NCBI GenBank assembly: GCA_965237415.1 | Contig: CBDEFM010000002.1 | Coordinates: 2,144,001-2,208,000, forward strand | Source of the DNA: Alphaproteobacteria bacterium | Lineage (GTDB): Bacteria; Pseudomonadota; Alphaproteobacteria; UBA828 | Direction: 5' to 3' | DNA: 64,000 nt | Shown here: piece after piece, positions 39,015-49,781 of the stretch | Layout of the letters: each line of letters starts with the position of its first letter | How positions within the stretch are numbered: the stretch's first letter is position 1 | The notes under the pieces: model-generated | The model's input: only the letters and a program-made list of their open reading frames with translations | Told to the model about the DNA's origin: nothing | Database searches by the model: none | Translations under genes and position numbers: made by a program

Positions 39015-39909
39015 GCACCATCCTGTGTTCGTCGCGCTGATTGGCGTAGATCGACGTGTTCTGACCATCCCAGCGGGGCGGCATGGGGCAGGGCCGTGGA
39101 TCGACATGGGGTTCCGCCACGGGCGCACCGCGCACGACTTCGCCGCCATGAACCGACCGCGCCGGCGGATCGAGCTCGGTGTAGGGCGTTGCGTCCGCCG
39201 CGGCGTAGGCGTTGAGCAGCAGGGGGCGGCCCTCGTCGCTGTCGCTCGGCGGCGAGCCGTGGATCGTGCGGCAGTTGTGAACGGTGAGCGAGCCCGCCGG
39301 CGCGGTCAGATATCTGGCCTTCGCCAGGTCCAGAGTCGCGACATCGGCTTCCGACAGGCATCCCGCCCAATGGCCGTCCGCGTCGTAGTGGTCGTAGAGA
39401 GGCTCCTCGTGGCTCCCGTCGATCACGGCGACCGGGCCATGCGCCATCTCGGTGTCGGCCAGATAGAGGCCGATCGTAAGCGGGCTGTAATTGCTGTGGG
39501 GATAGAACGGAATGTCCTGATGCCATCCGACCCCATCCGCACCGTCGTTCCACTTGAAGTTGAGCTTCGAGTGGTGAAAGACGGCGTTGCTCCCGACCAG
39601 GTCGGCGGCGATATCGGCAACGATCCCCGTTGCGAACGCCCAATAGTCGTCGTGCCGCTGGTCGGGCGTGTTCAGGCGGCGGAGCCGCGGCTTTGCGGCG
39701 CTATGGCCGGGCGCGAGGTCGAAGGCGCCGTCTTCCGGGGTCACGGTACGGCTCGCCTCTACGAACGAGGCCGTCACTGCGCGAAGCCGTTCGAGCCATG
39801 CCGGCTCGATGAGGTGTTCCAGCAACAGATATCCACGCTGGAAGTAGAACTCCCGCTGGTCCTGGGTTAGCACCCTGGCCCGCTGGGCGAAGATTTCTTG
39901 GGTCAACAT
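38878..39909 (-). CDS. Phytanoyl-CoA dioxygenase (PhyH) family protein with read-through tail
   Basis: FY..RGYL, HHSKLNFK, WHQD.PF.PH, HNCR..HGS; natural end near 39020 (TSIYANQ), then runs out of frame over the amidase fragment. Confidence 0.82.
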   Translation of the reverse strand: MLTQEIFAQRARVLTQDQREFYFQRGYLLLEHLIEPAWLERLRAVTASFVEASRTVTPEDGAFDLAPGHSAAKPRLRRLNTPDQRHDDYWAFATGIVADIAADLVGSNAVFHHSKLNFKWNDGADGVGWHQDIPFYPHSNYSPLTIGLYLADTEMAHGPVAVIDGSHEEPLYDHYDADGHWAGCLSEADVATLDLAKARYLTAPAGSLTVHNCRTIHGSPPSDSDEGRPLLLNAYAAADATPYTELDPPARSVHGGEVVRGAPVAEPHVDPRPCPMPPRWDGQNTSIYANQRDEHRMVRGCAAVRRSHSHLQHHLVADPRGRAQGPVLRRSARRLGRRDARGA

Positions 39910-39931
39910 GGCGCCATATCCCGCGCGCCCG

Positions 39932-40696
39932 CTATTCGTTTCCGCCGCCGAAGCTCTTCACCCGCTCGGCCGTCTCGGGGTCGAGGAAGCGCCGTACCGT
40001 CGCCTCGGTCTCGAGCGCCAGCGCGCCCTCGACATCGAGGGAGCCCGCCCGGTTGAGCACCCGCTTGAGGTCGCGCACAGCGGCCTGGGGCAGGGCGGCA
40101 ATGCGCGCCGCCGTCTCGTGCGCCGTCTCGAACACGGCGTCGTCCGGCACCACCCGCCAGGCAAGGCCCATCTCGTGGGCCTCCGCCGCGCTGAAGGTTT
40201 CGCCGAGCAGCATGAGCTCGCGGGTCTTCGCCAGTCCCACGATGCGGGGCAGGATCGCCGTCACGCCCCCGGTCGGGAACATGCCCCACCTGATCTCGGG
40301 GAAGAAGCACTTCGCGCTCTCGGCGAAGACGGCGAGGTCGCAGTTGATCGCCCATTCCAGCCCGCCGCCCACGGCCCAGCCGTGGATCGCGCCAACCACC
40401 ACCTTGTCGCCCAGAACGAGGCGGCGCGAGACGTCCTGGATCGCCTCGATGAAGGCCCGTGTCTCCGCTTCGCCGGCGGTCTGGTTCTCGATGTCCTTGA
40501 GATCGTCCCCCGAGCAGAAGGCGCGCCCCGCTCCGCGCAGGACCAGCGCGCCGACCTTGTCGTCGGCGAGCGCCCTATCGAGCGCCGCGCAGAGATCCGC
40601 AAGCAGCACGGCATTCAACGCGTTCAGCCGCTCCGGCCGGTTGAGGGTCAGCGTCGCGACGCCATCCGTGATTCCTGTGAGAACAGTGCCTGCCAT
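39932..40696 (-). CDS. Enoyl-CoA hydratase/isomerase family protein
   Basis: LNRPERLNALN, GRAFCSGDDL, GWAVGGGLE, FPE. Confidence 0.9.
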   Translation of the reverse strand: MAGTVLTGITDGVATLTLNRPERLNALNAVLLADLCAALDRALADDKVGALVLRGAGRAFCSGDDLKDIENQTAGEAETRAFIEAIQDVSRRLVLGDKVVVGAIHGWAVGGGLEWAINCDLAVFAESAKCFFPEIRWGMFPTGGVTAILPRIVGLAKTRELMLLGETFSAAEAHEMGLAWRVVPDDAVFETAHETAARIAALPQAAVRDLKRVLNRAGSLDVEGALALETEATVRRFLDPETAERVKSFGGGNE

Positions 40697-40698
40697 CG

Positions 40699-41997
40699 TC
40701 AGTCCTCCCGGATCAGGCGCTTCGTCTTGCCGCCCGTACGCGGCATCGATGCCGCAGGCAGCAGCGTCACGCTGGCCGAGGCGCGGAGCGTGGCCTTGAT
40801 CGCGTCTTCCACGCTGAGGGCGAGCGCGCCCGAGGCCTCGGCACCCTCCGCAAGCTCCACCTCCACCGGCAGCCGATCATAGGGGCCGCTGCCCTTGAGG
40901 CGGATACGGAACTCGCCGGACAGCGCGTCGAACCCGCCGATCGCCCCGCCGACGGCAGTGGGGAAGACGTTGATGCCCCGCACCACCACCATATCGTCGC
41001 TGCGGCCGAGAACCCGGAAGCGGGTCGCCTCGCGCCCGCAGGCGCAGGCGCCCTCGCCAGTGATGGCGATCACGTCGTTGGTGCGAAAGCGCACCAGCGG
41101 CTGCGCCTCCCTGGCGAGGTGGGTCAGCACCAGCTCGCCGCTCGCGCCCTCCCGCCACGGCACGACGTCGCCGTTCTCCGGCTCGATCAGCTCCGCATGG
41201 AGCACGTCGTGGCCCAGGAAGTGAAGGTCGTTGTTCGCCGCGCACTGGCTCGCGAAGTTACTGAATACGTCGGAGATGCCGTAGTTGGCATTGCGCGGGG
41301 CGAACCCCCACACCGCTTCGAGGCGCGCACGGAAGCTCGGCTCGTCAAGGCCGGCCTCGCCGCCGAAGAGGGCGAGCCTGAGCCCGAGGTCGCGCGGCGC
41401 AAGGCCGGGGAACTGCTCGGCGATGGTGCGTTCCAGGGCGGCGGGGTAGGAGGGCGTGCAATGGATCGCGGCGACCTTGAGGTCCAGGATCGTGCGCACC
41501 AGCAGCGCACTGTCTCCCACGCCGAAGGGGATCACCGTCGCGCCCGCCGCCTCCAGGGCGAGGTGGTCGCTCACGCCCCCCATCCACATCTGATAGTTTA
41601 GGCAATGGACCGTGAGTGTGCCGGGCGTCAGCCCCGCGGTGCGGAAGGAGCGGGCGCCGACCTCGGCCGTCTGTGCCGCGTCGGCCTCGGTCTGGGCAAT
41701 GTTCATCGCCTGGCCGGTGGTGCCGGAGGTGCGGTGCAGGCGGACGACGCGCTCGGGCGCGGCCGCGAGATAGTCGCCGAAGGGCGGATGCGCAGACTGG
41801 GACTCCCGCAGCATCCCCTTATCGCAGAAGGGGAGAGCGGGCAGATCCTCCAGCCGCTCCGGCACCCGTTGGCCGGCCCAAAGCCGGGCCAAGAAGGGTG
41901 ATCGCTCGAAGACGTAGGCTCGCTGGACGCGCCAGCGCTCCTGCCGCAGCGTGGCGATGTCGTCCGGTGAAGGAGAGCCCTCGTCTACACGGCTCAC
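40699..41997 (-). CDS. Phenylacetate-CoA ligase family protein
   Basis: GGGAG + GTG; TSGTTG, YGISD, GELVLT.L.REAQPLVRFRT.D, GRSDDM...RG.NVFP. Confidence 0.85.
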   Translation of the reverse strand: MSRVDEGSPSPDDIATLRQERWRVQRAYVFERSPFLARLWAGQRVPERLEDLPALPFCDKGMLRESQSAHPPFGDYLAAAPERVVRLHRTSGTTGQAMNIAQTEADAAQTAEVGARSFRTAGLTPGTLTVHCLNYQMWMGGVSDHLALEAAGATVIPFGVGDSALLVRTILDLKVAAIHCTPSYPAALERTIAEQFPGLAPRDLGLRLALFGGEAGLDEPSFRARLEAVWGFAPRNANYGISDVFSNFASQCAANNDLHFLGHDVLHAELIEPENGDVVPWREGASGELVLTHLAREAQPLVRFRTNDVIAITGEGACACGREATRFRVLGRSDDMVVVRGINVFPTAVGGAIGGFDALSGEFRIRLKGSGPYDRLPVEVELAEGAEASGALALSVEDAIKATLRASASVTLLPAASMPRTGGKTKRLIRED

Positions 41998-42109
41998 ATG
42001 GCGCACTCCCTGGAGGCCTCGATTAATTCCTTCGATCTTCCCGGTATCGTCATCGTATCGTGGTGGGCCGTCCGAGACGACACAAGGCCCGATCCAGCGC
42101 GCAGGAACG

Positions 42110-42439
42110 ATGAGACCAGCCGCAGACAGCGATAGGGAGAAGGGGACCGCCGAGCCGGTGCTGCGCGTGCGCGGCCTGACGACCCATTTCGAGCTGTCGA
42201 CACATACAATAAGGGCCGTCGACGGCGTCGATCTCGATGTCGCTCGCGGGCAGACCGTTTGCCTGGTGGGCGAGTCAGGCTCCGGCAAGTCCGCTACCGG
42301 CCTGTCGATCCTTCGGCTGGTCCCGGCTCCTGGGAGGATCGTCGAGGGCGAAATCACGCTTAACGGCGTCAACCTGCTCGATCTCGACAGCAAGGCGATG
42401 GAAGCGGTGCGCGGGTCCGAGGCGACCATGGTCTTCCAG
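42110..42439 (+). pseudogene. N-terminal fragment of a DppD/OppD-type ABC ATPase
   Basis: AVDGV.L....G....LVGESGSGKS...RG....MVFQ, then similarity stops; no signature or Walker B. Confidence 0.85.
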
Positions 42440-42839
42440 CATCATCGAGCTGCCCTTCATGGCCAGGCTCGTCTACACCGAGACATCCCTGATGCGTCAA
42501 AAGCCGTTCGTAACGGCAGCGCGGGTGAGCGGCAGCAGTACGGTCCAGATCATGGCCCGCGAGGTGCTGCCCAATGTGCTGGGTTCCCTGGTCGTCTACT
42601 CGACGACGATCGTGGGTGCCATGATCGTCATCGGGGCGGGGTTCAGCTTCCTCGGAATCGGTATCCAACCGCCCACGGCCGACTGGGGCATCATGACCGC
42701 CGACGGCACGCCGGTCCTCGACAGCTCGCCCCACATCTCGCTGCTGCCCGGCGTGGCGATCATCATCGTTGCCCTGGCCTTTGCCTGGATCGGCGACGGA
42801 CTAAGGCTGGCCGTCGATCCGAGAAAACGCGTGTCCTGA
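42438..42839 (+). pseudogene. C-terminal fragment of a DppC/OppC-type permease
   Basis: P.MARLV, FV.AAR..G.S (EAA loop), LPN, SFLG.GIQPP..DWG.M, GDGLR.A.DPR; begins abruptly in another frame. Confidence 0.85.
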
Positions 42840-42974
42840 TCCGCCTTAAGCCGCGGGGGTTCCTGGCAAACCGGGTCACAGTCCGATCGACGGCGTGCTT
42901 GACCCGCCGCGGGTGCAGGTTCAAAACGAGCAGCGCGGCCGAACGGCCGTATGAGCGAACGATCCGGGCGGATC

Positions 42975-43976
42975 ATGGCACGAGACCACCCTGACGAGGC
43001 TGCCGTTCCCGCCGTCACAGCGCCTGCGCCGGCCGTGCGCGGACGCATCTACGGCAGCATCGCCGAGACCATAGGCTCGACGCCGCTGGTGCGCTTCAAC
43101 CGCCTGCCCGCCGAGGCCGGCTGCGGCGCCGAAATCGTCGGCAAGCTCGAGTTCTTCAATCCCCTCGCCTCGGTCAAGGACCGTATCGGCGTCTCCATGA
43201 TCGAGGCGGCGGAGGCCGAAGGCAGGATCGACCCCGGCCGCTCGGTGCTGGTCGAGCCGACCTCGGGCAACACCGGCATCGCGCTCGCCTTCGTGGCGGC
43301 GGCGAAGGGCTACCGGCTCATCCTCACCATGCCCGAGAGCATGTCGATCGAGCGGCGGCGCATTCTGCTGTTCCTCGGAGCCGAGCTCGAACTCACCCCT
43401 GCAGAAAAGGGAATTCCGGGTGCTCTGGCGCGCGCCATCGAGCTCGTCGACGAGATCGAGGGCGCGGTGATGCTCCAGCAGTTCGAGAACCCGGCGAACC
43501 CGGCGATTCATCGCGTCACCACCGCTGAGGAAATCTGGCGCGACACCGGCGGCGTGTTGGACGCCATCGTCTGCGGCGTCGGCACCGGCGGCACGGTGAC
43601 CGGCATCGGCCAGGCGCTGAAGCCGCGCCTCCCGGCGCTCAAGCTGATCGGGGTCGAGCCCGAGGCGAGCGCCGTTCTTTCCGGCGCGCCTGCGGGGCCG
43701 CACAAGATCCAGGGCATCGGCGCGGGCTTCGTGCCGGGCGTGCTCGACTGCTCGGTGATCGACGAGCTGATCCAGATCAGTGACGAGACCGCCTTCGAGA
43801 CCGCCCGGCGGGTGGCGCGGCTGGAGGGCATTCCGGTGGGCATTTCATCCGGCGCCGCCATCGCCGCCGCGCTCCAGGTCGGTGCGCGCGAGGAGATGGC
43901 AGGCAAGCGCATCCTCGTCATCGTGCCCTCCTTCGCTGAGCGCTACCTCTCCACCGACCTCTTCGCGGGCCTTTAG
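42975..43976 (+). CDS. cysK: Cysteine synthase A
   Basis: [45 protein letters not shown]; start may be 42951. Confidence 0.94.
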   Translation: MARDHPDEAAVPAVTAPAPAVRGRIYGSIAETIGSTPLVRFNRLPAEAGCGAEIVGKLEFFNPLASVKDRIGVSMIEAAEAEGRIDPGRSVLVEPTSGNTGIALAFVAAAKGYRLILTMPESMSIERRRILLFLGAELELTPAEKGIPGALARAIELVDEIEGAVMLQQFENPANPAIHRVTTAEEIWRDTGGVLDAIVCGVGTGGTVTGIGQALKPRLPALKLIGVEPEASAVLSGAPAGPHKIQGIGAGFVPGVLDCSVIDELIQISDETAFETARRVARLEGIPVGISSGAAIAAALQVGAREEMAGKRILVIVPSFAERYLSTDLFAGL

Positions 43977-44003
43977 GCAGCAGCCGGAAAGCCGGACAAC
44001 CCC

Positions 44004-44819
44004 ATGTTCAACGAACGCCAGCTTGAGCGCTACGCCCGCCACATCCTGCTGCAAGAGGTGGGCGGGCCGGGCCAGCAGAAGCTGCTCGACTCCAAGGTGC
44101 TCGTCGTCGGCGCGGGCGGCCTCGGCTCCCCGCTCATGCTCTATCTCGCGGCGGCCGGCGTTGGCACCATCGGCGTCGTCGACGACGATGCGGTGGCGCT
44201 CTCCAACCTGCAGCGGCAGATTGCCCACACCGAGGCCCGGATCGGCCACCCCAAGACCGAAAGCGCGGCCGAGACGGTGGCGCGCATCAACCCGGATGTG
44301 TCGGTCGAATGTCACTCGGTTCGCCTCGACCCCGACAATGCCATGGACCTGATCGGACGCTACGACCTGGTCGCGGACGGCAGCGATAATTTTGCGACGC
44401 GCTTCCTCATCAACGATGCCTGCTACCTGTCGCGCACGACCCTGGTCTCGGCCTCGATCCTCCGTTTCGACGGGCAGCTTGCGACCTTCAAGGCCCATCT
44501 CGGGGGCGATAACCCGTGCTATCGCTGCATCTTCCCCGAAGCGCCGCCACCGGGGCTGATCCCCTCTTGTGCGGAAGGCGGCATCCTCGGCGCCGTGGCT
44601 GGCTCCATGGGCTCGCTACAGGCGACCGAGGTACTGAAGGAGCTGCTGGGGATCGGCGAGAGCCTGTCGGGCAACCTGATCGTCTATGACGGGCTGGCTG
44701 CGATCTTCCGCAAGATCAAGGTCAAGCCCGACCCGGCTTGCGCGCTCTGTGGCGAGCAGCCCAGCATCGTCGATCTCTCCGGCCACGTGGGCGCCGACGC
44801 CGACCACTGCGCCGCCTGA
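44004..44819 (+). CDS. moeB: MoeB/ThiF-family adenylyltransferase
   Basis: RYARH, VGAGGLG, SNLQRQ, DGSDNF.TR, CYRC, C.E.G, C..C. Confidence 0.88.
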   Translation: MFNERQLERYARHILLQEVGGPGQQKLLDSKVLVVGAGGLGSPLMLYLAAAGVGTIGVVDDDAVALSNLQRQIAHTEARIGHPKTESAAETVARINPDVSVECHSVRLDPDNAMDLIGRYDLVADGSDNFATRFLINDACYLSRTTLVSASILRFDGQLATFKAHLGGDNPCYRCIFPEAPPPGLIPSCAEGGILGAVAGSMGSLQATEVLKELLGIGESLSGNLIVYDGLAAIFRKIKVKPDPACALCGEQPSIVDLSGHVGADADHCAA

Positions 44820-44826
44820 GCACAGA

Positions 44827-45834
44827 CTACCCCCCGGCGCTTACCACGCGGATCATCTCGTCGCGTGCGAAGCGCGGCACCTCACCGCCCGACTCGAAGC
44901 TGACGCCGCCCCCCGCTTCGGCGCGGGCGATGGGCGCGCAGGGAAAACCCTCCGCGGCGAGCGTCGCCAGTACTAACTCGGCGGTACCGGCGGGAAAGGC
45001 CGCGAGCAGCGCCCCGGAGGCGAGCAGTCCCCAGGGGTCGATCCCGAGCGCCTCAGACAGGATGCGGCCCGGCTCGTACCAGAGCACGGCGTCGGCCGCG
45101 ACCACGAGCCGGACGCCCGCCGTCTCCGCCATCTCGTAGAGCCCAGCCGAGAGACCGCCCTCGGTCGGGTCGTGCATGGCGCTCGCACCGAGCGTGGTGG
45201 CGCGCAATGCGGCGTCCACCACCGAAATGCCGGGATCGGTCAGCGCGCCGGCGGCCTCCGCCAGCGTCGCGGCGTCGACCTTGCCGCGCAGCATGTCCCC
45301 GGCTTCCGCCGCAAGCACGGCAGCGCCCTCGACCGGCGCGGGGCCGATCTGCGCCACCACCTGCCCCGGCTCCAGCGCGGCTGTGCGGGTGAAGGCGCCA
45401 TCCTCCCGGAGACCCATCATGTGGCCGACGACCACGGTGCGGCGGACCGCATCGGTGATCTCGACATGACCCCCTACCAGCACCGCGTCCAGTGCCGCCA
45501 GCGCCTCGTGCATCCGCCGGTAGAGCGCGCGCACCTCGGCCTCGGTGATCCCCGGCGGTAGCAGGACCGTCGCGGTGAACCAGCGCGGCTTGGCGCCCAT
45601 GACCGCGATGTCGTTTGCGTTCACAAGCACCGCATGGGCGCCGACATCCTGCCCGGTCAGCGTCACGGGGTCGCTCGCGGCAATGAGCGCTCCGCCGCGC
45701 ACGGCGATGACGCCGGCGTCCTCGCCGACCGTCGGCGGCAGCAGCAGCTCGGGCGGCACAGGCCGCCCCGTCACCAACACCTCGGCGAGCAGTTTCGGCG
45801 GCAGCTTGCCGACCTTGAGAACACTGTCGCTCAT
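44827..45834 (-). CDS. AIR synthase/HypE-related PurM-superfamily protein
   Basis: GKLP, GEDAG, SDP.T, NANDIA..GA.P, GGH.E, MHDPTEGGL, SGALL. Confidence 0.85.
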   Translation of the reverse strand: MSDSVLKVGKLPPKLLAEVLVTGRPVPPELLLPPTVGEDAGVIAVRGGALIAASDPVTLTGQDVGAHAVLVNANDIAVMGAKPRWFTATVLLPPGITEAEVRALYRRMHEALAALDAVLVGGHVEITDAVRRTVVVGHMMGLREDGAFTRTAALEPGQVVAQIGPAPVEGAAVLAAEAGDMLRGKVDAATLAEAAGALTDPGISVVDAALRATTLGASAMHDPTEGGLSAGLYEMAETAGVRLVVAADAVLWYEPGRILSEALGIDPWGLLASGALLAAFPAGTAELVLATLAAEGFPCAPIARAEAGGGVSFESGGEVPRFARDEMIRVVSAGG

Positions 45835-46040
45835 TCGCTCTGGCCTCGCACGTATAGCCGCCGCCGATGACGACGGCGGCGGGTAACAGACGACCTGAGA
45901 GTGTACCACCGCCGCGCCCTCCGATGCTTGCCTGCGGCTCGGGATGGGCGCATTCTGGCATCGGCCCGCTGTGAGGCACGCGCGGAACCGGCGCGACTGA
46001 ACTCCATACGCAGGCGCATCCCCCGGAAGGAGCCTCGGCC

Positions 46041-47369
46041 ATGGCGTATCCCGATCCGCACTCGCGTTCCGCCGCGCTTGGCGCGAGAGCACGCGCTGTG
46101 TTCCCCGGCGGCGGCACGCGCGGCCTCACCCAGCTCGCGCCCTACCCGATCTACGCGCAAGAGGCCCACGGCTGCCGCATCACCGACGTGGACGGCGTGG
46201 AGCGGATCGACTTCATCAACAACTACACGGTCCAGCTCTTCGGCCACTCGCACCCGGCCATCGTCGAGGCGGTGGTGAAACAGGCCGAGCGCTTCATGTC
46301 GCTCACGCTTGCGACCGAGAGCGAGATCGAGCTTGCCGAGGCGATCTGCGGCCGGGTGCCGTCGTTCCAGCACATCCGCTTCACCAACACCGGCACCGAG
46401 GCGGTAATGCACGCCATCAAGGGCGCCCGCGCCTACACCGGGCGGCCCAAGATCGCCAAGTGCGAGGGCGTCTACCACGGCGCCTACGACTATGCCGAGG
46501 CGAGCCTCGACCCGGACCCGCAGAGCTGGGGCACCGACCGGCCGCGCGCGGTCGGCTACGCGAAAGGCACGCCGGCCGGGCTGCTCCAGGATGCGGTGAT
46601 CATCCCCTTCAACGACGTGGCCGGGAGCCGCGAGATCCTCGACCGCCATGCGGGCGATCTGGCGGCCGTGCTGGTGGACCTTGTGCCGTCCCGCTGCGGC
46701 GGCGCGCCGATGAGCCCTGCCTACATCGAGATGCTGCACGAGTTCCGCCGCGACTCCGGCGCGCTCATCATCGACGACGAGGTGATTACCTTCCGCCTGC
46801 ACGAGGGCGGCGCCCAGACACTCTACGGCCTGGAGCCCGACCTCACGACGCTCGGCAAGGTGATCGGCGGCGGCCTGCCCATCGGCGCCGTGGCGGGCAC
46901 CGCCGACGCGATGGCCGTTTACGACAGCAGCGCGGGCAAGGCTGCCTGCCCGCAATCCGGCACGTTCACGGCCAACCCTCTCTCCATGGCCGCCGGCGTC
47001 GCCGCAATGCGCATGTTCACGCGCGAGACGGTCGAGAGGCTGAATGCCCTTGGCGAGACCGCGCGTGCCCGGCTGCGCGAGGCTTTCCGCATCGCCGGCT
47101 GCAAGGGGCAGATCACCGGCGAAGGCTCGCTCATCCTCTTCCACATGAGCGACGAGTCGCTCACCGATTATCGCGCCGTCTACCGCGCCGGGACGGAGGG
47201 ACGTGCGCGCCGGCTCGAAGGGCTGTTCCGCGCGCTGCTCAACCACGGCGTCGTGACCTCCGTGTCGGGTATGGCGTGCCTCTCCACCCCGATGGAGGAA
47301 GCGGAGATCGACCACTTGGCCGATGCCGTGCTGGCGAGCCTGCGGACGGTTGCGCGCGAGGCCGCCTGA
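46041..47369 (+). CDS. Class III aminotransferase (glutamate-1-semialdehyde aminomutase-like)
   Basis: PGG.TR, RFTN.GTEA, YHG, DEVIT, LGKVIGGGLPIGA, SGTF..NP. Confidence 0.85.
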   Translation: MAYPDPHSRSAALGARARAVFPGGGTRGLTQLAPYPIYAQEAHGCRITDVDGVERIDFINNYTVQLFGHSHPAIVEAVVKQAERFMSLTLATESEIELAEAICGRVPSFQHIRFTNTGTEAVMHAIKGARAYTGRPKIAKCEGVYHGAYDYAEASLDPDPQSWGTDRPRAVGYAKGTPAGLLQDAVIIPFNDVAGSREILDRHAGDLAAVLVDLVPSRCGGAPMSPAYIEMLHEFRRDSGALIIDDEVITFRLHEGGAQTLYGLEPDLTTLGKVIGGGLPIGAVAGTADAMAVYDSSAGKAACPQSGTFTANPLSMAAGVAAMRMFTRETVERLNALGETARARLREAFRIAGCKGQITGEGSLILFHMSDESLTDYRAVYRAGTEGRARRLEGLFRALLNHGVVTSVSGMACLSTPMEEAEIDHLADAVLASLRTVAREAA

Positions 47370-47397
47370 GGGCGGCACGGCCCAGCGGCCCTTCACC

Positions 47398-47733
47398 ATG
47401 AATCGCCGCGTTCTCTGCCGTCTCACCGAGATTCCCGATCCGGGGTCCAGGGGCTTCGACTTCAGAGACGGCGAAGACCTGCGCTCGGTCTTCGTCGTGC
47501 GCGCCGGCGCCACGCTGCGGGCCTACGAGAACTCTTGCCCCCACACCAGAGGCCCCCTCGACTGGGTGCCGGACCAGTTCCTGACCCGCGAGAAGGACAT
47601 GATCCTCTGCGCCACCCACGGCGCTCTCTTCCGGATCGCGGACGGGCACTGCCTCTCCGGCCCCTGCATCGGCGAGCAGCTCCGGCAACTCCCGGTCTCG
47701 GTCGAGGGCGATTCGGTCGCCGTGGTCCTCTAA
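47398..47733 (+). CDS. Rieske [2Fe-2S] ferredoxin
   Basis: CPH...C..HG motifs, G.C..GPC. Confidence 0.88.
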   Translation: MNRRVLCRLTEIPDPGSRGFDFRDGEDLRSVFVVRAGATLRAYENSCPHTRGPLDWVPDQFLTREKDMILCATHGALFRIADGHCLSGPCIGEQLRQLPVSVEGDSVAVVL

Positions 47734-47795
47734 CCGTATATAATCCCGCCGCGCTGAGACGGTCGGCCAATCCATCAGGGAGGCGTTGCGCCACG

Positions 47796-49739
47796 ATGTC
47801 GGAGACTGAACTGTTCCCCGTGCCCGAGGGCCTCGACCAATCGGCCCACTGCGACGACGCAACCTACAGGGCCTGGTACGCCCGCTCGATCGAGGACCCG
47901 GAGGGGTTTTGGGGCGAGCACGGCGAGCGGATCGACTGGATCAGGCCCTATAGCAAGGTCAAGGACGTCTCCTTCCAGGCCGACGACCTCCACATCCGCT
48001 GGTTCGAGGACGGTACGCTCAACGCCTGCGCCAACTGCGTCGACCGCCACCTCGCGGACCGCGGCGACCAAGTGGCGATCATCTGGGAGGGCGACGACCC
48101 GGCTGAGGATTCGACGCTTACCTACCGCGCGCTTCACGAGGCGGTCTCGCGCTTCGCCAACGGCCTCCTCTCGCTCGGCGCGAAGAAAGGCGACCGCATC
48201 ACGATCTACCTGCCCATGATCCCGGAGGCGGCCATCGCCATGCTGGCCTGCGCGCGGATCGGCGCCATCCACTCCGTGGTGTTCGGCGGCTTCTCGCCGG
48301 ATTCGCTCGCGGGCCGCATTCAGGACTGCGATTCCTCGCTCATCATCACCGCCGACGAGGGCCTGCGCGGCGGCCGCGCGATCCCGCTCAAGGCCAACAC
48401 CGACGCGGCCCTGGAAAGCTGCCCCAGCATCCAGAAATGCGTCGTGGTGAAGCGCACCGGCGGCGAGATCGGCTGGGTGGACGGCCGCGACGTCTGGTAT
48501 CACGACCTCGTCGCCGGCGCCTCTGCCGACTGCCCGCCGGCGGAGATGGCGGCCGAAGACCCGCTCTTCATCCTCTACACCTCGGGCTCAACGGGGAAGC
48601 CCAAGGGCGTGCTGCATACGACCGGCGGCTACATGGTCTACGCCTCCATGACCCACCAGTACGTCTTCGACTACCACGATGGCGAGACCTACTGGTGCAC
48701 CGCCGATGTCGGCTGGGTCACCGGCCACAGCTACATCCTCTACGGGCCCCTCGCCAACGGGGCGACGACGCTGATGTTCGAGGGCGTGCCCAACTACCCG
48801 GATGCCTCACGCCACTGGCAGGTCTGCGACAAGCACGGCGTCAACATCTACTACACCGCGCCGACCGCGATCCGTGCGCTCATGCGCGAGGGCGAGGCGC
48901 CGGTGACAAAGACCTCGCGCGCCTCGCTCCGACTGCTGGGCTCGGTGGGCGAGCCGATCAACCCCGAGGCCTGGCTCTGGTACCACCGGGTGGTGGGCGA
49001 CGGACGCTGCCCCATCGTCGACACGTGGTGGCAGACCGAGACCGGCGGCATCCTCATCACACCGCTGCCGGGTGCGACGGCGCTGAAACCGGGCTCGGCC
49101 ACGCGCCCCTTCTTCGGCGTGCAGCCCTTGATCGTCGATCAGGAGGGGAACGAGCTCGAAGGCGCGTGCTCGGGCCTGCTCTGCCTCGCCGATTCCTGGC
49201 CGGGGCAGATGCGCACGGTCTATGGCGACCACAAGCGCTTCTTCGACACCTACTTCTCGCAGTATCCGGGCCGCTACTTCACCGGCGACGGCGCCCGGCG
49301 CGACGAGGACGGCTATTACTGGATCACCGGCCGCGTCGACGACGTGCTCAACGTCTCCGGCCACCGCATGGGAACGGCGGAGGTCGAAAGCGCGCTGGTG
49401 GCGCATCCGGCGGTCTCGGAATCGGCGGTGGTGGGCTACCCCCACGACATCAAGGGCCAGGGCATCTATGCCTATGTGACGCTGACCGTGGGCCGTGAGC
49501 CCAGCGAGGACCTGCGCGGCGAGCTCGTCCGCTGGGTGCGGAAGGAGATCGGCCCCATCGCGACGCCCGATCTCATCCAGTGGGCGCCGGGGCTGCCCAA
49601 GACCCGCTCGGGCAAGATCATGCGCCGCATCCTGCGCAAGATCGCCGCCAACGAGCACGACCAGCTCGGCGACACCTCCACCCTCGCCGACCCGGCGGTG
49701 TTGGACGATCTGGTCGACAACCGGATGAACCGCGCGTGA
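47796..49739 (+). CDS. acs: Acetyl-CoA synthetase
   Basis: [45 protein letters not shown]. Confidence 0.96.
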   Translation: MSETELFPVPEGLDQSAHCDDATYRAWYARSIEDPEGFWGEHGERIDWIRPYSKVKDVSFQADDLHIRWFEDGTLNACANCVDRHLADRGDQVAIIWEGDDPAEDSTLTYRALHEAVSRFANGLLSLGAKKGDRITIYLPMIPEAAIAMLACARIGAIHSVVFGGFSPDSLAGRIQDCDSSLIITADEGLRGGRAIPLKANTDAALESCPSIQKCVVVKRTGGEIGWVDGRDVWYHDLVAGASADCPPAEMAAEDPLFILYTSGSTGKPKGVLHTTGGYMVYASMTHQYVFDYHDGETYWCTADVGWVTGHSYILYGPLANGATTLMFEGVPNYPDASRHWQVCDKHGVNIYYTAPTAIRALMREGEAPVTKTSRASLRLLGSVGEPINPEAWLWYHRVVGDGRCPIVDTWWQTETGGILITPLPGATALKPGSATRPFFGVQPLIVDQEGNELEGACSGLLCLADSWPGQMRTVYGDHKRFFDTYFSQYPGRYFTGDGARRDEDGYYWITGRVDDVLNVSGHRMGTAEVESALVAHPAVSESAVVGYPHDIKGQGIYAYVTLTVGREPSEDLRGELVRWVRKEIGPIATPDLIQWAPGLPKTRSGKIMRRILRKIAANEHDQLGDTSTLADPAVLDDLVDNRMNRA

Positions 49740-49781
49740 GAGCCTCCCCCGCGCACCCTTCACAGTTGGCGGCTGGGAGCC

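Noticed and set aside
41998-42429. N-terminal extension of the PaaK-like ORF
   Set aside because: Antisense read of the dppD fragment; ligase similarity begins near 41997.
44827-45834. hypE/hydrogenase maturation locus
   Set aside because: No other hyp or hydrogenase genes, and no HypE C-terminal PRIC motif.
46041-47369. hemL assignment
   Set aside because: Lacks the PGGVNSPVR signature; alphaproteobacteria generally use the C4 route, so it is left as a class III aminotransferase.
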